The notes: generated by a model from the sequence alone, not told the origin. A stretch of 63,524 bases of DNA, filler included, from Globobulimina sp. (GCA_003354225.1; 52 parts of 52 records of this genome joined end to end with filler, not necessarily neighbours in it), one strand, 5' to 3'; shown: positions 24,147 through 36,492, numbered from the whole stretch's first letter. Numbers and translations: made by a program.

Positions 24147-24383
24147 ATGATCAAGCTTTTCATATTCTGCTTTATCGCGATTATTTGGAATGTAGTGAAT
24201 GCTGCAAATTATTCAGATTTACCACCTCATTTAATGCGAAATAAAATTGCTCCGCACGTAGTTCCTGCCAATCTTTATGTTCTCCGATCTGTAAATCAAA
24301 AACATTATAAATCGGTAACTGATTATTACAATCAAAGTATTACAAAAATTAAATCCATTTTCAATAATACTAGCAATGCAATT
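24147..24383 (+). CDS. Secreted protein, N-terminal fragment
   Basis: Signal peptide MIKLFIFCFIAIIWNVVNA; runs into the gap. Confidence 0.5.
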
Positions 24384-24541
24384 NNNNNNNNNNNNNNNNN
24401 NNNNNNNNNNNNNNNNNNNNNNNNNNNTTAATTAATTAANNNNNNNNNNNNNNNNNNNNNNNNNNNNNNNNNNNNNNNNNNNNCCGACACGATAAAAAAA
24501 GTTTTTTTTATTTGCAAGTGAAGTAAAGTTAGTTTTGTATC

Positions 24542-24811
24542 ATGGATAGCAAAGGAAGGTTCTTTTACAAAGGACATCCACCAGTAAGCAGATTTAAACC
24601 ATTCCCATGCGATATTGGTTTGGAAGCATATTTTCGAAAACATCCAATTTATGACAATCAACGATCAGGAAGGCATTGGTGGACTTTTTTTTGGATCATT
24701 GTCATTCCATTTGCCGTCGGTGTTCCATTGACATCGAGGAAATTTAATAGAGAGGCCAGGAAGTTGCATGGTGTAAATGCCTATTTTTATGGCTGGAAAC
24801 CGCCTTACGAG
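24542..24811 (+). CDS. Small single-TM protein, possibly a mitochondrial complex I accessory subunit (NDUFB4-like); first exon
   Basis: About 90 aa with one TM (WWTFFWIIVIPFAVGV); GTATGC donor after YE. The family assignment is only a resemblance. Confidence 0.3.
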
Positions 24812-25175
24812 GTATGCGATTTTGCGACTATTTGCGTTGTATGAGTCAATGTGAACTATATGATGCATACAGTACAATGCCACGGAAAATCCACTTCCAA
24901 TTTGGGAAAATCCTTTATATGATTCATGGCTACAAAAACAAAATCATATTCGAGAAATTCAGGGAGATCAAGCATTTCCAACAGTTTCTGTTATCAAAAC
25001 AAACAGATAAAAGCCATAAAACATATTCTCGTCATTCAGATGCAGCATACATATCATTGGAATGTGACATATTTCATCATTGTTAGTAAGTAACTCATAT
25101 TTGATCCTTGCACCCATGTTCTCAGTTGCCATTACCTCAAAATGTTAGCTTATCGGGAAAACAGTCTTTACTCCG

Positions 25176-25607
25176 ATGTCTTGTACATCACTGATCTTCA
25201 ATGTCCCATTGATTGCTAGCGCTGCCAAAACAATGATGCATGGTTCTACATCGCCCGATGACATACTCGAAGAAATACGACATTCCAATGATGAAAGCGC
25301 GCATCATCCATTATTAGGAATGGGATTAGTAACACTAGCTGCAATATGTTATTCTGTTTTAAACTTATCCGTTAAAACAGTAATGTATGAAACACCATGG
25401 CAAGAAATCATGTTTATTCGTATGGCCATAACATGGATTGCAACGATGATATGGATACTTACCAAATATGGGTGCAAATTGAATTTATGCGGACCGTCCA
25501 ATAAGCGCTTATTATTAATAATGCGTGCTATATTTTTATGGGGTGCTATGTTTTCTTGTTGGTGGTCTTTTGAGTTCTTAACGGTCGGAGATGGCACCAC
25601 TTTGCAA
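25176..25607 (+). CDS. EamA/DMT (SLC35G-like) transporter, 3' partial
   Basis: AAICYSVLNLSVK...EIMFIRM...LLIMRAIF...LTVGDGTTL. Confidence 0.8.
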
Positions 25608-27107
25608 NNNNNNNNNNNNNNNNNNNNNNNNNNNNNNNNNNNNNNNNNNNNTTAATTAATTAANNNNNNNNNNNNNNNNNNNNNNNNNNNNNNNNNNNNN
25701 NNNNNNNTTAATTTGACCCTTAACAAAATGCGATTTCTATTCAAAACAAAAATTCAAACAAAGACATTTAACTTAAAATATACATCAATTCGTAATATTT
25801 TAGCATTCCATATAACTAATAATATCAGATCAAATTAAATATAACATTTCAATGATTTTTAAAAATTCCCTTATTTCTTAGTTTCCTTCGACATCAAAAT
25901 ATCACCCTTTACTAAAAATGTAAAAGCTTTGTTGTTACTTTTTTTCTTATTGGTTCTCAACACTTGTTCTTCCCTTTTCCATTGTTCTTTTTCGGGATTT
26001 TCTTTCCTATTATTTTTCTTCTTCTTTTCTTTTTTAATATTCATCCCGATCTCCTTTCCATCTGTCTTCGCTTCTCCTGAGATATCGGCATCTTCAAAAT
26101 TTTGTTCTTCTCTTTGTTTGTTTGAAAATGAAGAGCTTACAGATAAACCTTCTAATACTTCTTGTTTAAACATCTACAATGTTATTAAATCTATATTATT
26201 ATTTTCATAAAATAATAAATACACTAAACTATATCTATAACTATAAATTTACCTCAATTTTATTTAAAATCGTTTCGTTCCATTTGCTTAACTTTTCGAC
26301 TTCCACTTTAGCATTATCAAAATTTTCCAAACCAGAAATATATAATCCAACTATTTCATCAAAATTTGATTCTCTCTTTTTAATTTCCAATTCCTATAAT
26401 ATTTTAAATATAATTTAAAAATTTTATATTGAACTTTTTAGCCTTTTTAACTATGTTACTTTTGTTACCTCTATAATTAGTATATCATTGCATTTATTTG
26501 ATGATGGAAAACCTTCGCTTGTTATTTCTTCTATGTAACTAGTTGTTAGTTCGACATATAACGTATACATTTCACAACTAGAATCAAATTTTTCCCATAA
26601 TTCCAAAAGTTCATTCATCTCATCTATGATTGATTTGTTTCTATTCAACAATGATTCAAAGTACGCTTTGTTGTTGTTTATATCTTCTTTTTCTCCTCCT
26701 GTTGCAGAGTGTATCCCTTTTTGTATTTCTTCGAATTTATAATTACCCTTTGTTTCCTAAATACGACCGAAATTAAAACGTCACACAACATACAATATAT
26801 ATATATATATACGGTCAGAACGTAATGTCGTNNNNNNNNNNNNNNNNNNNNNNNNNNNNNNNNNNNNNNNNNNNNTTAATTAATTAANNNNNNNNNNNNN
26901 NNNNNNNNNNNNNNNNNNNNNNNNNNNNNNNTGGCCACAAAAAAAAACACAGCTAAATAGTAAAGCCAACACTGCAAAATTAGCAGTCACAAAAGAGATC
27001 AAAACACATAGGAGACCAAAAATGTAAATACAATACTATGCACAGCATTTTGTGCAGCACAAATTAAATTAAAGCTAATCATCAGTTCCATCTTCAACAG
27101 GTTTGTC

Positions 27108-28055
27108 TTAATGTCTATTGACCTGTTCACGCCATGTATTATGATGAATGTGGAAGCCATGGCGAGTCATATCTCGAAGGAGCCAACGACCGGCTAAAGC
27201 ATTGATATGGAAGCCATCATGATCAAGCATGGATTTCCGAGATTCACTCATTTCCTTATACAGATCAATAACCGTGCAGCATTCAATATCATCCGTCATT
27301 TCAATAATTGCTTTGTTGTATTGAGCTGCGACTGACTCATTGGAGCGCATTGGTGGAATGTTAACAATAAGAAATGCATTTTCGTAATTGAATTTTGATT
27401 GAAAGTAAGTAGTAATGTCACCAATGGCTTTCACAAAATTAGATTGTGACACTCCTTTTCGAATCTCATTTGTACCGAACATTAAGGCAATTAATTCTAC
27501 CTTAGGGCCCAGAAATTGACTATGTTTGATGTATTTAACCAATGCATCCTTGGCAGTATAGCCAGAGAGAGATATAAACTGACAGCATCGAATTGGGTGG
27601 CCCTTAGCAGTGTATGCTGATTCCATTCGGGCAACATTTGAGTCACCAATAATAACATGTTTAGCAACCAGATTGTTAGGATTGCCGATTCGGCCAGACA
27701 GTTGATGTGAAGAAGGATTAGGAGGACGGTAATCTCTGGGTGCACTGGAACCCCGAGCATTACCATAACCCCTTCCACCTCGATTTTGTATGGGTTCATA
27801 ACCACCAACTGCAGAAACATGGGAGGTTTGACTAGGTGGTTGGAACGTGGGTGTAAAACCCTGGCCCCTTTGACCACGAGACATTTCATGAGATCTTTGG
27901 CGGTACCTGGGTGTAAAACCCCGGTACTGGTTATTCCAGCGATTTCCACGTCGATTTGGCTCAGCAGTATAGGAGTTGTCACCAGTGTACGAGTTGTATG
28001 AGGAGCGGTGACTGGGGGCTATACCCCTGTAACCACTACTATGACCACGATAACT
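27108..28055 (-). mobile_element. SGNH/GDSL esterase domain preceded by an RG/SY-rich disordered region; retrotransposon ORF1-like
   Basis: IIGDSNV (block I), SLSG (II), MFGTNEI (III), DHDGFHIN (V). The frame is open to the contig end, intronless and less AT-rich than host genes; GGGTGTAAAACCC occurs twice (GFTP). Confidence 0.65.
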
Positions 28056-28302
28056 NNNNNNNNNNNNNNNNNNNNNNNNNNNNNNNNNNNNNNNNNNNNT
28101 TAATTAATTAANNNNNNNNNNNNNNNNNNNNNNNNNNNNNNNNNNNNNNNNNNNNACACAACCTTTAAGAATTCAATTTTGACTTTCAATGTTTTTATTT
28201 TGAATAATCTGTAAAAAACTGTAAATTCAAAGAGTTTACAGTAAAAACAGTAATTTCAAACTGAAAAGCAAAAAATTAAATGTTACCTTTAACATTTTAT
28301 TA

Positions 28303-29279
28303 TTAACATATTTTCCTTCCATTTAATAATGAATTATTACTTAACATTGATGGCTCGATTTGATATCTATCGCAAAATATTTGCTTTAATACGATGAATT
28401 CGTCATAAATATGATTTGATAATAAATTACAACCGATTTTGTTACCAATAATTTGCAAATATGGAATAGTTTGGGCGTAGGAACCCAGATAAGCCGCGAA
28501 TGAAATATCTTCAATGGTGCGAACTCCATGACCGCCTTCCTTGATTCCCAAACAAAATTCCATAAATTCAAAATCGGTAAATGTCCGACCGAAAACGCGT
28601 TCGAATGATTCCTTCAATGAATAATCAAAATCTTTCAAAGCATCAATAATGATCAACGGATGCGTTGTCCGAATAATATGGTTCAAACGACAAGCATCGA
28701 AACAATTTGATAATAATAAAACTGCCGCCTGCGTATCCTCCAAAGCGGCGGCTTGGTCCATAAGAAATTGTAGTTCTTGGACTTTCTGACCAACTTTTTC
28801 TTTCACAAATAATTCGTCGCCGATATATGCGCCTAATAATTTCATATTAAATCCATATTGTATGGATATCTCCGAATCTCCCAACATTTCTCGGATTTTA
28901 TAATGTCGGATTTTATAACATAACTGTTCTGGCTCTAAAATATCTCGCCATTCCATCCGTTTATTCCTCATAACTGTACGACCAATGATTCTGTCCAATA
29001 CATCGCCGGCTGCAATGGGTCTGGCACCAATTCGAGTGTGGTCTTTCCATAATGGGTATAATGAGGATGCTGAATAATATCTGCCTAAATATAAAGGGAA
29101 ATTCCCCCTAAATAGACATTTTCCAAATTTCGCGATACTTACAGCCAATTTACGTCCACTAAAACTCCGCGCACATTGACGAATATGGTATGGTCTCAAT
29201 AATGATGGACCAGAGCCTCCCAAACGTTGCTGTTTCAGGCATGTTTTATATATTTCGCCAGAAATTACTTCAAGATCGG
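28303..29279 (-). mobile_element. CRE-clade non-LTR retrotransposon reverse transcriptase fragment lacking the catalytic core
   Basis: GGSGPSLLRPYHI, ARPIAAGDVLDRIIGR, LEPEQL, then directly KLLGAYIG, CRLNHIIRT, LGIKEGGHGVR, AAYLGS. No QGDP or YxDD motif. Confidence 0.85.
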
Positions 29280-29379
29280 NNNNNNNNNNNNNNNNNNNNN
29301 NNNNNNNNNNNNNNNNNNNNNNNTTAATTAATTAANNNNNNNNNNNNNNNNNNNNNNNNNNNNNNNNNNNNNNNNNNNN

Positions 29380-30503
29380 TATGTAACAATAATTATCAAT
29401 TATCACATTCCAATTGGGAGGCTACATGTTTATTTTATTATGATGCACATTTAGCATCGATACATAATGAATCACAACTCCTCGAAGCACAAACTACTGT
29501 TAATTATACTAATGACGCATGGATTGGTGCCAGTGATACTGCAGAAGAGGGTACATGGCTATGGACTGATAATACAGCATTTAATTATGGTTTAAATTAT
29601 TCACAACGTCCATGGTTGCCTGGTGAACCAAATGATGAAGGAGGAGGAGAAGACTGTGTTGAAATAAGGCCCTCTAAGCTTGCATTGTGGAATGACGTTG
29701 ATTGTTCAGATTTAAATTACGGATTATGCGCTTATCCCATACCAACGCATGTAATCAATGACAAGTCAAGCTTTGTACGTACACGACAGCAACCAGGCTA
29801 TATCGGAAAGATTGATATTTTGGATGAAATATATATTGATTTTTATATAACATTTACGTCCTGGCCAGCTGGTTGGGGAAATATACTACAATTTGGTGAT
29901 AATGATACACAGAAATATCCAGGGATATATATTAATGGAGTGACACATGTATGTACTTGAGCATAATATATATAATATTATTTTTTTTCACTTGCAAAAA
30001 CCTATTTTGAACAATGTGTGCGTTCTAATTAGTTGGTGCGTGTTAACAAACATTCGTGTTGAATGTGTGCGTTATCTATTTTCTTCGTGTGCGGGTTAAT
30101 TGTTTTTTATGCGCGGTCACTATTTTCGTGTGTGTGCGGGTTATATTTTTATAGATTTGTTTTTGCAATTTGATTCTGCTAAAAATATATAACCCGCACA
30201 CGAAATACATACACCACACCACAAAAACGAATCAGCCCCGCACATGAAAAAAATAGATAACACAAATCGCCCACCCATCGAAAGAACAACGCGCACAAAG
30301 TTTTCTAGATCTTGCAAGTGAAAAAAATATGTAATAAATAACTACAGAATGTCATGTCCAGTTTTGCCACGGTGGCAACATTAAATCCAGAACAATCCAT
30401 AACGACATCGAATTATTCATTGAACACTGAATATCATTATACTTTGTATCAAACGCAAAGAAGGTTAACAGTCACATTTGGTGGCGATTATGTGTATGAT
30501 GAC
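29380..30503 (+). CDS. C-type lectin (EPN motif) plus LamG/concanavalin-like domain, partial (intron 29949-30347)
   Basis: HLASIHNE...AWIGASD...EGTWLWTD...PWLPGEPND...EDCVEI...WNDVDC. A phase-0 GTATGT..TACAG intron joins GVTH to NVMSSF. Confidence 0.88.
29982..30327. mobile_element. MITE/foldback element inside the lectin intron
   Basis: 16-bp perfect TIR TTTTTTTCACTTGCAA / TTGCAAGTGAAAAAAA. Internal GTGTGCG(G/T) repeats on the left arm are mirrored by CGCACA repeats on the right arm. Confidence 0.75.
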
Positions 30504-30603
30504 NNNNNNNNNNNNNNNNNNNNNNNNNNNNNNNNNNNNNNNNNNNNTTAATTAATTAANNNNNNNNNNNNNNNNNNNNNNNNNNNNNNNNNNNNNNNNN
30601 NNN

Positions 30604-31702
30604 TTTTATTCAAAACCATAAGAGAATCGACATACACTCCTTTTTCCAAACATCTCCATTGTGCAATATTTGACACATTGTTACCACAAATATCATGAGT
30701 TACACTTTGATTTAACGCTAAAAATGGATTAGAATAATTGGATACATTGGAGGAAGAATATTCGGTTTCGTACTCAAAACAATCTTCAATATATTTAGGT
30801 ACATCGTGTAAATTTGAGGTACCAAATATCAAATAATCATCAATGATGGCACCAGACATTCCGTATGATGACATGCCTCGATATGATCTGTTATATCCAT
30901 CAAATTCTGTTTTGTTAATATTGGTTAAAGATCTCCATTTATGCACAATTTTGTGTTTATCAATATCAATTTTAACATATCCTCCAAGAATATGGCCATC
31001 AGTGCCAAGATAGTAACCGTATGCACCGGCTTTTATTCCGCCATAAGCATAATTCTCATCCACTACAAATCCACTGATTGTGCACAAATAATCATTTGGA
31101 TCTATGGCACCATCACCAATTTTTAACTTCCACCACAAAGAGCCATTATTTAAGTGGATGGAAACTGCATAACATCCATAGTCACCAACAGTTACTAAAT
31201 CATCATACCACTTTCTTGTTGGTGTACCAAATAGTAATCCTTTATTACCATTGCTATCTTGATATATTGTCAATGACTGATCATTGACAACCCGCACCGA
31301 TGTGTTATGACCTAATAATTGTCCGATATATTGGCGCCAATTCAGCGTGCAATTATCATCCAGATTGATTGCAGTAATATATCCCGACCAGAAATCAGTG
31401 AAATAAGCATTGTTATCATTATCGACTGTTGGATATCCCATAAATACGGTGCCGTTTTGTGCAAGATAAGTACAGTCAATTTGAAGTCGATCTACATTCT
31501 GTCTCGTTATTGCGATGTCATTTTGATTGGGTGCTTTTTGCTGCATTTTGATACTTCCAGAATATACTGCCCATTTGCCATATAAACCAGGCTTGTGAAT
31601 CGTATCTGAGCTGGATTTTACAAATGGAAATATGTTAACGTAATATGCGATTAATAAATATATTCCAAATAAACACGAAATACAAAACATTATAATGAGC
31701 AT
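30604..31702 (-). CDS. Membrane-anchored/secreted PQQ-type beta-propeller (polyvinyl-alcohol-dehydrogenase-like), 3' partial
   Basis: N-terminal TM; GYPTVD...YFTDFWSGYITAIN...NWRQ; NGSLWWK; YRGMSSYG...LIFGTSNLHDVP..IEDC...CLEKGVYVDSLMVL. Confidence 0.7.
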
Positions 31703-33051
31703 TCTTTCGTTTATGTTGGATTTTGGTNNNNNNNNNNNNNNNNNNNNNNNNNNNNNNNNNNNNNNNNNNNNTTAATTAATTAANNNNNNNNNNNNNNNNN
31801 NNNNNNNNNNNNNNNNNNNNNNNNNNNCAATTTGTTAACATTTTATGAATATCATTAAACATAATAAAATATAATTTTCAAAAAAAAAGATAATTTTTCA
31901 AACAAAAAAATTTCAAAAAAAATAACATATTACGTGTTTGATGTCTTGTGACTTCGATTTTTTGCTTTCGAAGGCTAGACACTGATATATATTGTCCAAG
32001 CACTGATCATACACAATATATATATACACCCCATTCTACCTGATATCTGAGTATACACAGGAGGAAAGGAATTCTTTCCTGTATTGCAGCAAATAACATT
32101 TTTGCAATATTCATCTGATTCGAACATTATTTGAAAAGTAGTTTGTGCGTCGTCGTCTTTTTTGGAAGTAGATTAGGTTTTCTCAGTTCGACCATGGCAG
32201 ACTGGTAGGATAGGATATGATTGCATGGCCACTATCTATCTTCAAAAACCTTGACTCAATCACAAAAAGACGACGGCGACCAATGGCTTTTCAAACAAAA
32301 TGAAAAATGTAATAAAAAAAAATACAATTTATTTAGAATCATTATGATGAATATAAAAATTTTGATCAAACTCCATAACATCATGATCATTTGTGTTGAC
32401 TGCCCATTTCTTGCTATAGATATTCTCTCCAAACTATGCTAATCTGCATTGTGCGGCATTGATTTCGGAAATCTCAGCCAATTATATCTTAATTTCAGAT
32501 TTTGAAAACATTGAAACATATCGATCCATTGTGCTTTCATCTTCATGGACATTTTTTATGTAATCAGTATTATCTTTCTTGGTATTTATTACCTTTCCAT
32601 ATCGGTTATAAAACCGAGTGATCACGTCAAACGGTAAGAACTTGTCGATTTCCATATCGAATAGACAGGTGGGACACCTGAAACCACTGGAAAAAGTTAC
32701 GAAGTATGCTACTTACTTTAAAGTTTTTAGTCAACATGCGATGTTCAAAAACAAGATACCGATGACTAGCTTACTTCGTGAAAACTTTTGAAAACAGTGT
32801 TATTACCGTCAAGACTGGAAATTTTGCTGTCCAGTCTTTGAGGTGAGAACATAAAATACAGATAAATTACAATTCCCATTAGATCACACACATTATTGAT
32901 ACATTTCTCATCAAACAATGAAAAGCAATAACACAGGCGATGGATTGCGTTNNNNNNNNNNNNNNNNNNNNNNNNNNNNNNNNNNNNNNNNNNNNTTAAT
33001 TAATTAANNNNNNNNNNNNNNNNNNNNNNNNNNNNNNNNNNNNNNNNNNNN

Positions 33052-34174
33052 CATATTGTTTGGCATTTGTTTTTTTGCATTGATTGTTGCTGCGGTCTCC
33101 AATGACTATGCCATTGCAAACAGTGTCGGTTTGCGACATGTACAGCGAGTCCAAGCCAAAGCATTTTGTGTCTCAAACAAATTGCCGCCCTCATTATCCA
33201 TTGTTGTGATGGCACATTTAATAAAACATAATAATAATAATAACAACAAGATCAATATTGATTGTTTACCGCCGCAAATACAAAGATGTGTTGCCAAGCA
33301 TTGCGACGAAGAGAAACGTTTTTATATTGCAAACGTGCAAATATTTCAAGATTTAAATGGTTTTATTCGTGGACTGATTGCGTTGCAACTAAAAGGTCTA
33401 AGTTGTTGTGGCGAGGAATATTTATTTGAGAAATATGAGTTTGAGGCATCAAAAATGTACATCCAAACAAGTGGGGAATGCTTGATGTCATTTAATGGCA
33501 ATGGCAAATCTAAGAATGTAGTGATAAATCGTGGTGGTGCGGTATTTGGTTATTTCAGTTTTCTTAATCCCGGATTGCGCCGCCAATGCACAGTCAAAAC
33601 ATTGTGTTTTTGTGAGTTTTGGTGTTTAGATATGTTCGATGTAATAAATGTTTTAAAACAAACATTTCCAACGACATGGCACAGATTTTGGAAATTAATT
33701 AAAGGAGAAATTCAAATTTTATATAAAAATCAACAAATACAAATCAATATTAATTGCAATGACAATGACAATAAGAATAAGAATAAGAATAATATCGATT
33801 ATGAGTTTGAAATAAATTTAATGCAAAAAGAGGCAGAAAAGCATGAGAATGAGAATGAGAATGAAAATGAGAGTGATATGGAAGTTGAAGAAGAAACAAA
33901 ATTAAACGAAAATAACATTGATATGGAAGTTGAAGAAGAAAAGATTGATAAAACTAAATTTGATAAATTGGAAATACCAAAACCAAAACAAATATATATA
34001 AAAAAGAAGAAAAAGAAAAGAAAGAAAAAACAAATTATTAAAAATGAGAATGAAGAAAGTTTATCTTCAAATTCCATGTTTGGAGAAAATTCACTAAATT
34101 CATTGTCGCATTCAATAGCGATGACTGATGATAATGACCATGGCCCTGACCATGCATCTGATGATTGTTCATAA
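33052..34174 (+). CDS. Cyclic-nucleotide-binding-domain cation channel (KCNH/CNG-like), C-terminal part
   Basis: S6-like FGICFFALIVAAVSN, C-linker (LPP...IDCLPPQIQRCV), CNBD (GEEYLF..MYI..G..FGY..RRQCTVKTLCFCEFWCL). Confidence 0.8.
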
Positions 34175-34275
34175 TNNNNNNNNNNNNNNNNNNNNNNNNN
34201 NNNNNNNNNNNNNNNNNNNTTAATTAATTAANNNNNNNNNNNNNNNNNNNNNNNNNNNNNNNNNNNNNNNNNNNN

Positions 34276-35311
34276 ATCCGGTTGCTTTTAATGTGCGTTG
34301 TTTAAGTCCGATAGAATCGGTAGTAAAATTTCTTTTATATTGCAACAAATCCGGCGAACATGAATAATGCAAACAAGTGAACGTATTATGGTGAACAGTA
34401 ATATTTTGTCGGTACAATTGGGTATCACTTAAATTTCTGGTTAAACCAAAATCGATTAAGTAACATTTATGTGTATATTTATTGATTAATATATTTCTTG
34501 AGTTAATGTCATCGTTGTACGTATTTAATTTAATTAACGCTGCCAATATGGATGATATTTGGCGGAAACACTTCATTAAAAACGAGATGATTCCTCCATC
34601 GATGTCGAATAAGACCAATAATTTTTTAATGGTCTCTTTTGATTCAAATCTAGCGATTTTCTGCAGTTTTTTGAATGAAAATGTGTGGTCCAGTTTTTCC
34701 ATGAAAAAGAAACAAGATATATCTGAATGGTTTTTGTAATAATAAAATGGTAATTTATTATCAAGAAAGGCCATGTTGAGAGGATCCGGAGATGTTTTAT
34801 TGTAAAGATATAACTCATTCATTACGTGATATTCTTGGTAAAATATGTCTATATTGCACTGTTTTTTGTATTTCATGACATACGATTTATTGTTATTATT
34901 AGTGTTGAATTTCACTGAATAGATAGTTGCATCATTTCCTTTTCCGATATGAAAAATAGTGAAATTAGCAGATGGTGATAATATGCATATTTTTTTGTGT
35001 TTTAAGCAAGAAGTGTTCCAATATTTTAGTTTTACTATATTCCCATTAATATGATTTTGCAATTGGCTGACAACAACAATTTGTTTTGGTGATGGTGATG
35101 GTGTTTGTAATAGCATTAGATTGGGAGCAATAAATATTGCATTTATTTCAAGATGATATTCCAAGGGATCCGTGGTTGTTGGTGTTCCCGTTGGATTTGC
35201 CTGTTCTCCAAACCATGTCAGAAGAAACAATGCATTGAGAAATATGAGTGTAATCGATAGTGGTAACCATAAAAACAGCTTCCTTGTTCGATTATTATAT
35301 AAACTCATCAC
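34276..35311 (-). CDS. Type II membrane-anchored protein-kinase-like protein, 3' partial
   Basis: N-terminal signal anchor; IGKGNDATIY (Gly loop), YVMK, YQEY, FFFMEKL, YNDDINSRNILI, LIDFGL. Confidence 0.75.
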
Positions 35312-35499
35312 GAACTGATTACTGATCGTTAAAGTGTACTTGAAGCGAAGTGTTAAAAATGACGGAAAAAGAAAAATCCTTATAAGTTTAAAATAACGTN
35401 NNNNNNNNNNNNNNNNNNNNNNNNNNNNNNNNNNNNNNNNNNNTTAATTAATTAANNNNNNNNNNNNNNNNNNNNNNNNNNNNNNNNNNNNNNNNNNNN

Positions 35500-36492
35500 G
35501 ACTTGCATCGGGGGCTTGATATCAAAACGGATGTCAACAGTTCATTATTTGCCATCACATCAGGCGAAGTCGAGGACATTCAGCCTTCCTCCACTGACGG
35601 AATATCAATTCAGTTGCAACATTTCCGCTCAGGTATTCGCGGGAATTGTTCCGCAGGATGTTACTTCTCCAGATATTTACATGCGAGCGCCACAACATTG
35701 CATATTGGAGATTGGGTGGAAACGGGCCGTTTGATTGGATACAGTGGAATGTCATCGAGTGGCAACGCACATTTACATTTTGAAATTCGCAGTGCAAACA
35801 CAGACGATGCAGAAAGTGACTGGCAACGAGAATGTGTGAATCCATTTAGAGTTTTGGCATACTGTCCTGATATGGAGCCACGTACAAATATCGAATTGGT
35901 CAAATGGAATAAAATCAGTGTTACATCCAACAGGAAAGATATAGTGAGAATAGAGCTTGAATTGAAGGATATGAATGGTGCTATGATAGCAACTGCAGTT
36001 GCAAATGAATATGGATATGATGTCAATCCTACTTTTTTAGATATTGAAGCAATGAATTTCCAATATACACATAAAGATTCATCAGTTGCGGAGTGGGAAT
36101 CGTTTGGTTTGAATGGAGTGCATCAATGCCCATATTACAGTGAACATGGATTGAGTTATGATGCGAATCTACATTTGGATGTGCAATCTGTCAACAATCA
36201 GAGTGTGGGACAGTTTAATGGTTTGATGATTTTCCCGTACGATGAAGAAGATTATTTTTGGGGAATGTCTGTAACATTTGTTGTAATTGGCGAATCTGTG
36301 CATAGTTTGGTGCAATGTACTGTTGTGAATGTGTATTCTGCTGAGTTTGGGACACTTGGCACACACATTGTGAATTCTACAGACTTTGGAAATTGTGTAG
36401 CGGATACTGGGACTGCACTGTTTGAAGGAAACTGGTCAAACAAAATATACTGTATCATGTTTCTTATTTGTACTTATCACTGTATGTGCTAA
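35500..36492 (+). CDS. Peptidase M23 family metalloendopeptidase with C-terminal extension and hydrophobic tail (5' partial)
   Basis: HRGLDI (HxxxD), RYLH, GDWVETGRLIGYSG, HLHFEIR (HxH), CVNPF; C-terminal IYCIMFLICTY. Confidence 0.85.
   Translation, partial: DLHRGLDIKTDVNSSLFAITSGEVEDIQPSSTDGISIQLQHFRSGIRGNCSAGCYFSRYLHASATTLHIGDWVETGRLIGYSGMSSSGNAHLHFEIRSANTDDAESDWQRECVNPFRVLAYCPDMEPRTNIELVKWNKISVTSNRKDIVRIELELKDMNGAMIATAVANEYGYDVNPTFLDIEAMNFQYTHKDSSVAEWESFGLNGVHQCPYYSEHGLSYDANLHLDVQSVNNQSVGQFNGLMIFPYDEEDYFWGMSVTFVVIGESVHSLVQCTVVNVYSAEFGTLGTHIVNSTDFGNCVADTGTALFEGNWSNKIYCIMFLICTYHCMC

Noticed and set aside
25708-26831. Possible alternative genetic code or ultra-short introns in fragmented minus-strand ORFs
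   Set aside because: No recognisable homology to anchor the frames; other host genes use standard stops.
26932-29279. SGNH ORF1 and RT as one retrotransposon
   Set aside because: Separate contigs, the order on the minus strand is wrong, and CRE elements are not known to carry an esterase ORF1.
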